From: Antedon mediterranea
Lineage: Eukaryota > Animalia > Echinodermata
Assembly: GCF_964355755.1 (NCBI RefSeq)
Contig: NC_092680.1
Span: forward strand, 1,488,001 to 1,552,000
DNA: 64,000 bases
Reading direction: 5' to 3'
This document shows positions 25,425-39,488 of this stretch, piece after piece. The notes beneath the pieces are model-generated. The model saw nothing but the letters and a program-made list of their open reading frames with translations, did no database searches and had not been told where the DNA came from. Each line of letters starts with the position of its first letter. Position 1 is the stretch's first letter. A program made the position numbers and the translations under genes.

Positions 25425-27029
25425 CTAAAGCATGGCAAAATAAAAAATATATACTTAAAATAAAGCAGCATGTTACATAAAATAAATTATAATTTTGCTA
25501 AGTAAAACCAGTAACAAAATGTCAGTGAATTGTGGACACATATCAGGATCTGTAACGAAGTGTTTTCGTAATGATGTGTCCATTGAATAGGGCTGGATTG
25601 TAGAAAAAGTGCCCACTTAATAGTAGATCTACAGTATACTAACTATTAATGGTACAAACTGAAAAACTTTTACATCAACCATAAAAAATATACTATGAGT
25701 CACTGACTATAGTTATAGCTATAGTTATCCAAATCTCACTTTGTACTATGAGATATTACCCAAGATAAGTGCAATAAAGTTTTCAAAAGTTCCACATACA
25801 GGACAATTTAAGTACCGTACTATTCAAATATTAAACATTGTTTAATTGCCAATAGATAGCAAATGTAAAATAAGTTTTTTTATGGTAAATATTAAAGTTA
25901 CAACAAAATAACACCTAATTAGCTGGGCAGATCTGGGATGCGCTAATATAGTCAAAATATCATCCTTTATTCAAAATACATTACAAAATTACAGGTGTGA
26001 TCATACAGAAAAATAAAATATCTCAATAAATGAATACTAGGTTACAATTTAAAAGAGAATTAAACTATACAATAGGGGCAGAGCCGCAGAGGACAAACAA
26101 AATGGGATCCCTTAGCACTACTGCATGGAGCCTCCCCTGTAAAAACAGTATGGATACTAGTTTTACAAGGATTCGACAGAGTTTTCATATTAGTTTGAAA
26201 CGTAACTTTGGTCAACTTGAAAATGAATAATCTTTTACCAAGTCCATTTATCATATGTATTTAAAAACTCAAATAAAAAAATCAATAACATAAACATTGC
26301 AAATTTCATCCGAGGTCAATATAACGACCTTTTATATATGTGACGGATGAACACTTAAAGATATCATAATTTTGGAGACATACAACCTGACTGAAAATGC
26401 AGTGATGGAAAGGGTATAAAGTATGTACATTGCTGAGAAGAAAACACTTTATTTATGTTTGAGTGTTAATTAACTGCCATGTTTTAACGAACCTAGCTAA
26501 ATTAACTATATTACTTTCTTGCACAAACAATATTGAACTTGAGCCAAGCAAAAACTAGGTCATCTATTATGACAGAATTAATCACCAATATAAAATATGC
26601 TTAAATTTGTAGTTGTTATAGTATAAGACTATCTATATTTTTATATATCGTATTCAGGTTGTGTAATTTGTTTTATTGATTTTCAAATGTTTTGTTGAAA
26701 CAATTTTCTCAATGTAAATTTCTTTCCCTTTTTTTCGTTTATTGATTACACATTGACTAAATGAATGCTTGTAAAAATATAACAATAACACTACTTTGCT
26801 ATAATATCTATTTTTCACTAAACAATCTATTCAACAACACGTTTTGTATAATGTTGCCCTTGAAGAAACTAGGACGACTAATACTCAACGTAAAAACATA
26901 AAAAAAAAAAAACTGACTTTCTTGAATAAAACTCAATTTATCACATTTTATACCATACATAAAAAAATGAATCACACATTTCCAATATATTCAATATTAT
27001 ATCATTTAACTGTATAAAGTATACCGTAC

Positions 27030-27153
27030 CTGTTGGCAGTTCAAAACGGGCATCAATTAAAACAGTGTGACCGGTTGGATTACTTGTTCCTGTAATGTGA
27101 CCATTTTTCATTTCCACCTCTCGATCTAAAGATAACCATTCTCCATCACCTTC
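27030..27153 (-). CDS. unc-13: unc-13 exon 5 (124 nt): EGDGEWLSLDREVEMKNGHITGTSNPTGHTVLIDARFELPT
   Basis: ctatag acceptor and gtacgg donor; phase 0 to phase 1; matches Munc13 EGPGEWLTLD...[21 protein letters not shown]. Confidence 0.96.
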
Positions 27154-28982
27154 CTATAGAACGGTAAAAGAAAAACCATTAGAAGTTACAACACAGACTA
27201 ACCTATTAGAGATTTGAAATGAGTGACTACCATAAAGGATTGCCATGTCAGGGTTTACAGCACTGTGTCTATATTGGTAGTTACATAGTGCACCATAGAC
27301 TGATAGATCACATATAGGGACTAAATGTGAAGAAAAGAAAATAAAGTTAAGACATGTCTTGATGTTTGGGTTTCATACTGTATGTTAGGAGAAATGGAAA
27401 TAGAAAATTTATGCATTACAAATTTATGATAAATTTAGCTATTTTTATATTCTTTCACTTTACTTTGGATCCTCAATATCCATACAAAACAAAAAGAAAA
27501 AAAAAAGAATCTTAAAATATTCTAAAATATCAATTAAAAAAAAAACACTTATAGCCAATGAAACCAGTATGATGCCTAATGTGTACTTTGAGATATAATA
27601 CAACTATACAATTATTGACATCTACAATCTGTGTTTGCTATAGGCTATAGTGTTGTCTACTGCCAAGCTTAACATAGATATCAATTTAAAAAAAATGTAT
27701 GAATTTAATTATTAACTTGTAGCCAATGAATGCGAATGAAAAACCAGCATGGTGCCAGATATACTTATAACTATACTATTATTGACATCTACAATTTTTG
27801 TATGATATAGGCTATGTAATTGTCTGTCAAGCTTAACATAGAGGGCCCACTGCAATGTTCCACAAATATCTGCATTTAGAACAATTAATGTGTTTTTAAA
27901 AGTTACAATCGATAATTCACAATAAAGGATAGTCACCATAATATCAAACTGTTTTTGTAAATTGCCAACTACAAGAGGAAAACACGGCCTAGCTTAGTGT
28001 CAGGTCAAGGAATAATAAGACCTACTTATTATAAAGGTTAATCACAAGAAAAACGAAACGAAAAATAAAACATTTTGGTACTTTTGGACCTGGTTTAAAA
28101 AAATCTAAATATGTTTTTTTCCATAAACAAAACCGTTTTATAATTATACTCGTGCTCTAATGACCTAAAATCTGTTTATTCTTAAGGGGTCAGTAGGTCA
28201 TGGCATTCATAGCATGTAGTAATGATGGTCAACATGGCTGTTTGCGAAACGGATGTTTATCAGCAACATTGTGCAAGGCCAGTAGAGTTGATGGAAACAA
28301 CAAGATGGCTGCTAGTTATTCTAACCTTCCAAATGACAAATGTTAGTAAGGTTGGTGTTACGTTTTGTTTTCCAAAAAAAAAAAGTTTCTAAATTCGCTC
28401 TATTAACTTTACTTGTTTGTTTGTTTTGTTTATGTTTTTATTTTTAAAATACTTTATTTTTGTCTTTTCTATTCCTCGCCAACTAACAATAATAAAAAAA
28501 GTGGAATATGTTCATGAAGTAGCTTTTATTTCTGGATGATCAAAATAAGATATTTTGTAGTCAGGCTTGCTCTATGTGTGTATGACAGAGAGGGAAACAC
28601 AAAATATGAAAATGGTTTGGACAAATAATTTCAGCAAGTAAGTCCAGTGAGCACGGATCACAGCAAAAATAGAAAAATATACCTATTGGGTTAATAAGGG
28701 ATAAGTGATTAAGTAGAAAACCACCAATCGGACAATTGTGTGTGTAATATAAGCATCAAGGAAAACAAATTTCATGTTCGCCTTGTTGTGATCATGACAA
28801 TAAAGTTTTATCTTATCTTATCTTATTTTTTTCTATATAAATTGAATTGTGTATATTTAAATGCTATGCCTTCAGTATCAATTACCTTAATGTTAAATAT
28901 TAATCCTTGATCAAATGCTATTAATCAGTGGTGCTAATGTAATTAGCAAAATATCAGAGTCTTTACAAAGTCAAGATCTTAC

Positions 28983-29100
28983 CTTATTGGATTGACGTAT
29001 ATTAATTAACGGAACCCACGCTGTACCAAGTAACGTATCCCAAATTAATCCTTTCGTCCAAAGTTCAATAATTAGTCCGTGATCCAATTGGTTGGTTTCA
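28983..29100 (-). CDS. unc-13: unc-13 exon 4 (118 nt), C2A: [39 protein letters not shown]
   Basis: ttctag acceptor and gtaag donor; phase 2 to phase 0; matches Munc13 [31 protein letters not shown]; absent from the ORF track. Confidence 0.96.
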
Positions 29101-29342
29101 CTAGAAAGATTTTAAAGAAATTTGTCATTACATAACAGTCATTTCAAAATATCGTTTTTTTCCAGAAACTGTCAGTTGACAATCATTAAGTCAATTTCAT
29201 AAAGGTTATTTACCAACATTTACCATATTGACCGTAAATCACCCTTTAAAGGGGAGATCTATGTATAACATTTCTATTGATAGCCAAAGAGTTATCTACT
29301 ATTTTATTAGTATTACTATACCAACCTTCAATCTTACTTTTC

Positions 29343-29497
29343 TAAAGCTCTGTTTACACTATCAAACTAGCTTGTGATGTGCCCAAATATGGTAGTGATA
29401 TACCCAAATATGGTAGTGATATGACATCATCATGTCCCTGTATGGGCACTTCACATTTTGTTGTCACATAAAGTTTGATAGTGTAGACAGAGCTTTA
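29343..29497 (+). mobile_element. palindromic MITE, family A (TIR TAAAGCTCTGTCTACACTATCAAAC; internal CCCAAATATGGTAGTGATAT repeats)
   Basis: Long terminal inverted repeats ending in TA; eight related copies in the window. Confidence 0.85.
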
Positions 29498-29848
29498 ATC
29501 ATAAAAATGCTTCTTTTTTTTAGATTCTGTTAATGTGGATTTTACTACTGTTTATTGTTTCTTCTTTTTTTCATTTATTATTCCGATAAATAGCAGTAAT
29601 TAAAATTATTGTTAATTTGCACAAATCATGGACTAATTAGGATATTCATAGGAAATGTTGAAATATATTAATATGTTATACTGCAAACACACACACACAC
29701 AATATAAACCAGAAAATCAATAGTATTTCATAACTACACTGAACTAATATTACATGGGAGACTATACATTTTTTAATGGTCAGATAGATACAGTAATATT
29801 AATATCCTTAGATACGGTATTTTGTTCCTGACTATGTTTTTACTGAAC

Positions 29849-29990
29849 TAAAACTCTGTCTATACTTACAAATTAGTTTGACAAAAAATGTGTGATGTGT
29901 CCAAATGGTATTGACATGACATCATCATGTCTGTTATATGGGCACATCACATTTGTGTTGTCACATTAAGTTTGTGTAGACAAGGCTTTA
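29849..29990 (+). mobile_element. MITE family A copy (diverged)
   Basis: aaaactctgtctatac...gtgatgtgtccaaatgg...gtgtagacaaggcttta. Confidence 0.7.
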
Positions 29991-30099
29991 TTTGAGAGTA
30001 TGACCAACAGAACAAATTTCTACAAAATGTTTTAGAGATATGGGAGGGAGGAGGGGAATTATTATGTGTGGGATTAAGGTTGAAAATCATTATAAAGAT

Positions 30100-30460
30100 G
30101 TTTAACCATAGCCATAACATTCCCTGTAATGGTTTGAGGATCACTCACTCTCCATGGTTCTGTGGTAGAACAATTCTTCTCACAACAGTAGCTCATGTGC
30201 ACTTTAAAGAACCTAGTACATCTTTCAAGATGAGTAGGGGGTTACCCCGGTGTATTAGTAGGGGGTTACCCTGGTGTATTAGTAGGGGGTTACCCCGGTG
30301 TATTAGTAGGGGGTTACCCCGGTGTATTAGTAGGGGGTTACCCCGGTGTATTAGTAGGGGGTTACCCCGGTGTATTAGTAGGGGGTTACACACAGCCATT
30401 GAGTGGTACTCTGAGACAACAGTCTTTGATTGGAGAGGCTGCCCAGTATAAAGAAATAAA
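30100..30460 (+). mobile_element. diverged copy of the Deu-like SINE with an internal 24-bp tandem expansion (30233-30389)
   Basis: Shares catggttctg..gtagaac, gtgcactttaaagaacctagtacatc and cccagtataaaga with 58003-58320. Confidence 0.8.
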
Positions 30461-32060
30461 AGCCAACAACTTTAACTCATGGTCTGGTCAGACAAATGAT
30501 GCTAATTTTTGTGATTGTGGTACTAAAAAAAAGGGATCACAAACACCAGTGTTTCAATACGTAATCATTTTGGGTATTTGAACAGTTTGTGGAATGCATC
30601 ATCAAATGTATTCACTTCTTTAAATTGCCTTACCTGCAATGTTGTAATAAACACAATAACTTGAACTTGACATTGAACAAAGACATTCTTAACTTTTAGT
30701 AAAATGTTTTATAAACTTGAAAACTAAAACTATATATAAGAAAGTAAATTCCAACTGTTGCATGTTAAATTGAATGTTAAAGTGATTAATTTAGCTTAAA
30801 GTTAAAATAATTAAAAAAGACATTACAATCTCAAACATTCCATTGCTTTAAGTACTAATTCCAGAAACAAATTAAAATAATTTCATTTAAAACAATTTTA
30901 CAAATTTGCAAAGGTCATAGAATTGTTTAAAAAATTAATGTTGCCTTTGCTATGAATAAAGTTATATTGTTGAAAACAAATTTAAAATATTACATTAAAT
31001 TTACCACTACAATTTCATAACATATTTGCTAACCAAAATTTTTAAATAATATGACTTTTAAATTGTCTCTTTGCAATAACTTTGCATTTGTATATATATA
31101 CTATTTTTTTAATATGTAAATTATGATTTGAAGGCCAATGTATTGATTTTCATAGATTAATGAAAGTATTTTTAAAATCCCCCTAAAATATATTAAAGAT
31201 TATGGAATAAATTAAATGGATTTGGTTTTGTGTTTATTTCTTTCTCTGTCAAGATATAAAATAAATAATATTAAAATTAAAAATATGCTAAAAATTGTTT
31301 GTGTTAAGTTTTACTATAGTATAGATATAATATTCAAGTAGATTGTAAATAGATATACCTGTACTGAAAAGTGAAAACCAAAATGGGAACACAATATAAT
31401 TTATTATCTAAAGAGTACAACTTTTGCTTTACAATTATTAAGTACTGTACAATCTTTACAAATTTGTGTGAATAAGATTTCTGTTTTATAAGTTAAATGA
31501 GAAAATAATCAGTAAGAAATAAGACTTGAATCACAAATTGCAAAAAATTACAGAGATTAACTTAATAACCTAGATATTACACTTGTTCATAGTGAATCAT
31601 AGTTTGCACTTATTGGCATAATCAGTTCATTTTTTTAATTTATGTTTATCAAATCAATTTTAATCAAGGTTGTCAGTGACTTTGGATTTAGCAACGATGA
31701 CCAAAAAAGTGGTATAACATGATTTGTGTTTTACAAATGGGGTATTTTATCAACTTTTCCACAGTAATAAACTTCACAAACTATAGAGCAATAATTGTGT
31801 TTGAAATTCTCCAAACACTAGCGATAGTATTGTATTTAAACTACAGGGCTACAGCACCTTTTCATTCTCATAGATGACACTACCATTTAAACAATGCCTA
31901 GGCAAAGCATGACATATGCATTATGGGAAATGTGTCATAAATGAGCCTTGTAGTACATTTATGAACAATAGTGATGTTACAAACAAGGGATAAAATGTGA
32001 GATCATTCAAAAAGGTTGTGAGGACACCATTAACCTCAACAAACAAAAAGTATTAAATCT

Positions 32061-32204
32061 ATCTACAGTATCAAACTAGTTAGACAAAAAAAAGTGATGT
32101 GTCCAAGATAGTGATATACCCAAATATGGGAGTGATATGACATCATCATTGGGCACATCAAATTTATTTTGTCACATAAAGTTTGATAGTGTAGACAGAG
32201 CTTA
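32061..32204 (+). mobile_element. MITE family A copy
   Basis: tctacagtatcaaactag...gtcacataaagtttgatagtgtagacagagctta. Confidence 0.75.
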
Positions 32205-35200
32205 AAAAGAAATGGTAACGATGTTGAAGATATATTGTTTGAAGGTTTGGATGTTGAAGATAAAAATGGATATATTTGTAAAAGTGGAATAATTCCATAA
32301 TTATGATTTATTACTATGACTAATATTTTCAAGAACTATTAGTATGGATGACTAGTACTTATTACTATGCATGATTGAAAAGATCACACTCATAATTATT
32401 ACCTATCAATAACATTTAGACTATATAATATAAGTAAGAGCAGTCTCTGTGTGAATCACGTTAACATCAATTTTCAACATCAACAAAAGCAAAATAATTA
32501 CACAAAAATGAAGATTAATAAAATCAGACTTTGAATAGGCCATTTTGTAGTTTTAGGAAAGTTAATCACTTTAGCTTATAAATGACAAAATAAATGGTTA
32601 AATTCAACCAAAATGCTTGCTTAAATTTACAGTTTTTTTTCAAGTAAATCATTTTTTTCCCATCCAATTTTTGGTCACAATGAATAACTATTATGTGACA
32701 TTAAAATGACATACATCTTAAAAAAAAAAAAAAAAACCTGCTGAAGTAGTAAAGAATATTAAAAAAAGGCAATAACAAAAAACCCCTAAAATAAGTATAC
32801 ATTCGGATTATAAATGAAAAACTATTGTGTTTTAAGAATGTGCTAGATTATTCCAACTGTAAACTGAAGAAAATTATTATGAATGTTCACAGAATCAGTT
32901 TCGTGGATAATCAATAGAGCATGACTGTGAAAGTCACGTCGAAAAGCGGATTGAAGAACGATCGGCTGCATACGCTTGCCACTGCAAAGCGAGCCTGATA
33001 CGTGCATTTGCCATTATAATAGCATGCATGACCGGTTTATTACATGTTTAGAATGACGAGTAGCCTGGCTGAATTACAGTCAGTGCATTAGCTGCTTCAT
33101 AGAGTCAAGTTTGTATCAGAAAACTAGAATATTTAACAGATCAAATTTCTGATGGATCAGGTTCCCTATGCATTGTGTTTTGTTTAACAAAAATTAATGC
33201 AGTTATCTTTTGAATAATTCTTGTAATTAGTTTCTTTGAGGCACGGATCATTTTTCTAATGTTATCAATGGCTCAGAATATAAAGCATAATATGTTGATT
33301 GTACGCAATGACCAACAAACATTGTTCTGTGAATAAAATAATATTATATGTCATAATTACTATAAATTAAATCGTTACAATTAATTAGTTAATATTAATT
33401 AATATTTGAAATAATTTATTTATTACTTGATTTTATATTCATTTAATTCTAAATTTGTTATTTAAACGTTACATTTTCATTAAAAATTTAAATAGGATGG
33501 AAAATGGGCAGGGCATAACAATGTGAAATTGAGTGTAATTTTCAAACTTATTGCTGGTTTTAGCATCAAATATTATCTGTTCTTATATTATATTATTATG
33601 TTATTATCTGTCTGTTGTCTGTCTGTTCTAATTTATTAACATCAGTCATACAACAATTTTTATATTTATCTAAAGTTATCATTTTCAATAAAAAAAAATT
33701 ATATTTAACTTGAAAAGAAAAATCATTTTAAAAGATTGGAAGAATAATCAAAAATATTTTTTTTTAGAAAATGCACACAAGAAAAATTTTAAATTATCAA
33801 AATAATTCTGGCATGAATAGGACTACATTTTGACTAGCAGACAGTAGCATGTTTTACATTTGTACTTACCTTTTGACAACTGAAGTAAAAATGTCTCATT
33901 TAAGTAAAGGTAATTTAAAGTTAGGAATACAGTAATAACAAATTTGCTTCCTAGAATAATTATTTTGTAACAATACGTGGTGAATATTAAATAAATACAT
34001 GTAATTAAACTAGGTGGAGGAGGTGTACGAGGACATTCGCCTCCATCAGTCATTCATCCAGGTTAAAGGTCATTTAAGGTCTTCCACCAACCTAGAGGTA
34101 CATCCCTATAATAATATAATTACCATTTTCTGACGCATTCTCATACTAATTATTTTTCAATATAAAACAAAGAAAAAGAATATAACTTAATGGAATGCTT
34201 TATTATAATAATTTGCTTTCTTCAAGGTAATTTTCTGTTCAATCAATATCATCCTTAGATGTTTTCTTGATTGTACTTTAAATCAATTTTACACTCACAA
34301 ATAATTGATTCTGCGGTGAAACCACTAATGAATAGACAAGTAAATACATTGCTGATAAAACACCAAGATTCTTTTGGCAATTACAGTGTTTTATCTGGAC
34401 AATTGCTCGATAAACCTCATGTGTACACAACTATTAAGAGACCAATAATAATATAAATAATATTATAGTATTATTATAGCAGGGGATGCCTAAGGTGCTC
34501 TAGATGCCTTGTTTTGTTCAACATAATTTGGCTTCTTGGTAGATAAATAAAAGTGGAAAAGTGAATTGTAGTCAAATCACCTTTCTATTATGACACATCA
34601 TGAGATAGTGTACCATTTAAAATTGGTATCTTAGTTGTATGTAAAGCATATACTACTTTAGACATACATCATCACTGTCATAGGGCCAGAACCTCCTTAT
34701 CATCAGAGGGAAAATATGAATGAGCCGTTATCTAAATTAAAAGAAATTCAGTAAAAGCTAAATTTGTTATTCAATTCGACTGAAAGTTTCATCAAGGAAG
34801 TATGAACATTTTGAGCGAGATAAAAAACATCTTACTCGAGAATCAAACCTGGAATCTTCTGTTTCAAATAGCTTACATACATTCATAAAATGCACATGAA
34901 AAAAATTATAGTAGTCAAAATTTGGAACTTTAAACGAAGCATTTAAGCTCCAAATCTGAGCCCACGCACTGCGAAATGGAGTGAAATCCGGGATAGAGGC
35001 ATGATAAATATTCTCTAATGTAAACATACAGATTGTAATGTTAATTGAGTGGTCTGTTTAAGACTCTATTAAAATGACTAATACATCGGGGAATCAACTT
35101 GCTATCCACATAATTGATATTTAATTGCTGGAAATCCATATCCTTTACATGAAACTACCTATCCTTTTTATATCCTCCTTCACAAAATAGTAGGACAGAA

Positions 35201-36345
35201 AGACTAACAGATGGATTTGACAATGTTCTTTGAACAGTAAATCCCTCATAAACCACGCACAAATTACAAACTAACATTGATTTGAATACTATTCTAGAAT
35301 GGCTTCATTCTAACGTCTACTATGTGGTATTTCTTTGCATCCGGGTTTAGTACTAAATCAGTTTATTAGCAGAGATACCGGGACCCTAGAGCAAGTAACT
35401 CTCATCACTCCGCATGGTTTTCTAACCTTTCCAGTTACAATTCTGGTCGTTTTGGTACACTCTACACCACCAAACCCCCTCCCCCCTCCTCCATGGCACT
35501 CTACACCACCAAACCTCCCTCCTCCATGGCACTCTACACCACAAAATCCCCCTTCTCCATGGCGGTTCTAAAAATGTGAATAAAACTTACAAAACTTAAA
35601 AATATTCTTTAAAATAAAACTTTGGTGTGCGATAGAAAAAGTAAATTTAGTTCCATCTTTTAAATGCATAAATATAAAGACTTATATTCAAAGAGACAAA
35701 ACAATTAAACATATGTTAGCCTACAATATGATTTAAAGTACAGTTTACACACCAAAAAGTTCAAGTAACAAGGACAAAAATATCAGATGATAAAATATCA
35801 ACAACTACATAAAGTTGAAAACAAGCCGATATAATAAAAAACTAGCCAATTATTACCTTTATATTTTCGTAAAAGATCCTGCGATTATACAAGACAACTG
35901 CTTTTTTTCTACAACCATTAACATCTATTTGTTTTAAAACTAGAAATTGCTAAAACTCACATAATAATACATAATATCACACATTGAACATACAACTTAA
36001 TCATGGCATAATCCATATATGGTGATTGGAAGTCATGTTGAAACATTATAAACAGATACAAATGGCATGAATCATTACATACACACTATCATGGCATCGT
36101 TTTATAAATGGGTGTTGGAGGTTTGTTTTTTTTTGGTGCCTGAATCCCATGATGACGAAACCCATTTGTTATGTTTAAAAAGCCATCAGACTGGATATTA
36201 TTAGGTTTATTTTTAACCTTTCTTCTTTCCTGCTCAATATTTGATACAAACAAAATATTTTAATAATTAAAAAAAGGTTACTAAAAGGTTTAAAGAATTA
36301 TAGGTTTTAAAAAATATTTACCATGGTTTCATTATTTTCATAAAC

Positions 36346-36517
36346 TAAAGCTCGGTTTACACTATCAAACTGACAAAAAAATATGATGTGCCCATATATG
36401 GACATAATGACTAACATACTTTGGCATATCACTACCATATTTGGGCATATCACTACCATATTTGGAAAGATCATACTTTTTTTGTCAAACTAGTTTGATA
36501 GTGTAGACAGAGCTTTA
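36346..36517 (-). mobile_element. MITE family A copy (reverse orientation)
   Basis: Both TIRs present; internal gcatatcactaccatatttgg repeats. Confidence 0.8.
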
Positions 36518-37504
36518 AAAAAATGTTTAATACTTGTCCAACATTAAAAATTAATGGAAAACCAATGTTGGATCAGTTTTGGCCACCAAGAGAGGGTAAT
36601 CTTTGACACTAGTTGCTCTCAGGGCAACAAAAACATCTACAATCTTCAACATCTACATCTCAGGATTAGATCATCCACTAGTTTGTCCACACATCATAAT
36701 ATGCTTTATGATGTAGTACATAGGTATTTGACAAAATTGTACAAATGTACACATAATTGTCATAATTTTTTCTTTTATATAATTATTCTTCGAACTATAA
36801 CAACTTTCACTTGCAGTTTTACACAATATTCTGATTAATACCCATATCTCAAGAGTTGGTTCACAATCAATCACTCTTTTCAACAGTGTCTATGTTTCTT
36901 AGGCAATTCTAACACATTACAATAATTATTTTGAGATGAAGCTTTCAGTAATTCAAGCAATTCAAATATATCATTGTTTCTGTAGAAGCAACGACAATAT
37001 GAGTCCCAAGTGTGACCCATTAATGATGTAAATGTGTTAGATTCTACAAGTACAAACCCCAAAATTTACTTACAGGAAAGACAAGAATATGCTAAAGTAA
37101 ATTCAATAACCATAACGAGTCTCTGTAATGAATGACAAATAATGTAAAGCCCTTTTGGAAAATGAAAACGCAGAAACCAAGTGTCTGTAAACGGTGTCTT
37201 TGTTAATAATTCTTTGTTGAAGGTCAGCTAACAGTGAGAAATTCTACTGAACTCACTCCTGTTGGACCTTTGCAAAGACTCTATTATCGCAAATAAACAC
37301 AAATTTTACATCTTTCAATTTAAAAAGAAACTTATTTCAAAAGGCTTTTGTTCTGCTTCACTGTAAAAATATAGTTGGGGTTATTATGAATGTTTTATAA
37401 TAAACAATAGACATTTTAAAGTTGAATTACTACCCTTTAAGCATTTTAATTTAATACAGTAATATTGTATAATATTCAAACCAAATGAGTACTCTCCTAG
37501 CTAG

Positions 37505-37642
37505 CTATAAAGTGTGCACATGCAATGCAAGCGAGTTGACCAATGACAAGCCACTGTTCAATAATCCATTGCTTGTGATTGGTCAAATCACTTGCATAGC
37601 GTTACATCCTTGCATTGCGTCACTAGTGGGAATCAAGCTTTA
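37505..37642. mobile_element. decayed palindromic MITE
   Basis: gcaagcgagttgaccaatgacaagc...gcttgtgattggtcaaatcacttgc inverted arms; ends ctagtgggaatcaagcttta. Confidence 0.5.
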
Positions 37643-37801
37643 GGAATATTTCTTTTAAACTGTCCTTGCTCGTCACATTGAAACCTGTTTGGTTTGTTGG
37701 TTTCCAGATCCAGAAGACGACCAACATCGACTTACATGACCTAGGTTGGTCATCGGTTTTCGCAAATCAAAACCTCACTATTTAAAATGGTCAATACTTA
37801 C

Positions 37802-37901
37802 AACATAAAATCTTGATCCCATGACGGGTTGTTTCCTCGGAAAGTAACGGTGGTAGATTTGACATTTTCTAACTTAAGTGTTACGTAGGAATGGAATTTA
37901 T
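37802..37901 (-). CDS. unc-13: unc-13 exon 3 (100 nt), C2A: [33 protein letters not shown](F)
   Basis: ttttcag acceptor and gtaagt donor; closely matches Munc13 [34 protein letters not shown]; the homodimer residue equivalent to Munc13-1 K32 is conserved. Confidence 0.96.
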
Positions 37902-39488
37902 CTGAAAAAATAAACAGAAATAATGATACTGATTTAAAATTACATTTATACAAATAATGTGCCAAAGGAGAGAAAACAAAAATAGAAATGCAAAAAATAA
38001 GTTTTAGAAACATTGCTTTACACTGGTGGGTAAGATAAGACAGGCAGTTCAAATGAGAATATGTTCAGTGGTAAAGTATACTTTTGAATCAAACTACTTT
38101 AAGACTCCTACTTTTAAAAAAAGGAAATGATGAAAAAGCCTGTGAAAAAGAACCTTTATTCCAAAAGAAAATAAAAAGAATGCCAGAAAAGGTAAATTAA
38201 AGTAATAGTTAGAAATTGTAATCAAGCATTTTAATAACTAAAATATGAAAAAATAAAGAACAAACTCATTATTTGTATACCTTCACTAAAACCAAACCCA
38301 CTCAAAAAATCTATAAAACAAAAAAGCAACATAAAAAGTGAAGATAGCAAAACTGTAAACATGTCACATAACATTCTAATTTACATTCAAATATATTGTT
38401 TCTTTATGTTTTTATAACCATAAAGAAAAGAATAAACATTAAAGATGTGTTCAATAACATGTTCATTAATTAGTGTAGGTTTACAGCAAAGGGTTCAATT
38501 CAATTAAATAAAACTGTAATTTATTCCACACTGAAAACATGTGCTTTACTGTATAATATGTTGAAATACTGAACATTGGGGAAAAACAAATACAAATAAA
38601 AATTCTTTAAAAATTACTTCAAAAATGTTTATCTGGCTTTGATTGCCAAAACCATCAATATTAACTACACAAGCGCAGTCTGAAATTATCTTTGCATTGC
38701 ACATGGTTTCAATACAAACAGACCATGAATATGAAGATATTGGACAAAGATAGCATTAAAAACAGTCTTGAAATAATTTAAAAATTACTTTTACAAATAA
38801 AGTATTTAAATTCAAATTGTAACGATTTTAATGAGAGGTAGGTAGCACAAACACACAGTTAATGACTCTGAAAAGTGGCTATTATCAGAATATCCTGCAA
38901 GTCTAATCAATATCTATTATTTGTAATAACCTTTTCTTGTCCTACTTTTATCCTAAGATTTTCTTTCATGAATTAAAACATAATATACATTAATAAAAAA
39001 TGTTTTAATCTATAAAAAGGTTTACTTGTCGAATTTGAACTAAGATGTAAATACCTATGTATAGAAATGACATTTACAGTAACCAATTAAATATTTAATT
39101 TTAGTATGCAGATTTTACTTTAATGAATACATATTTTAGTAATCTGTTGGTGATTAGTTTCAGAAGTGATCATCAATAATAATCGATTATTCACTATCAA
39201 AAAATTATTTTTATCACTAGACTTAGACTGGCAACGAGGCGGTCAAAATGACGTCTGTTTGTAACAAAGCAAATTAAAGAGAAAACAAATTCAAATGTGC
39301 AAGCTAACAAACATTTGTTAAGATTGATTCACTATGCTATGGCACTGAGTCTAATGTAAAATGGATTGAACTGAATAAGAAATACCATTTAAAACATTTT
39401 AACATGACAAGAATAACTTGAAAAAGGTTTTATCATAACTAAATAGTCAGTTTATAAAGTGTTAAAAATCCATAACACTGTAGAACCC

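Noticed and set aside
33823-34053. 76-aa minus-strand ORF spanning a strong donor
   Set aside because: Its phase does not fit exon 4 and the composition is intron-like
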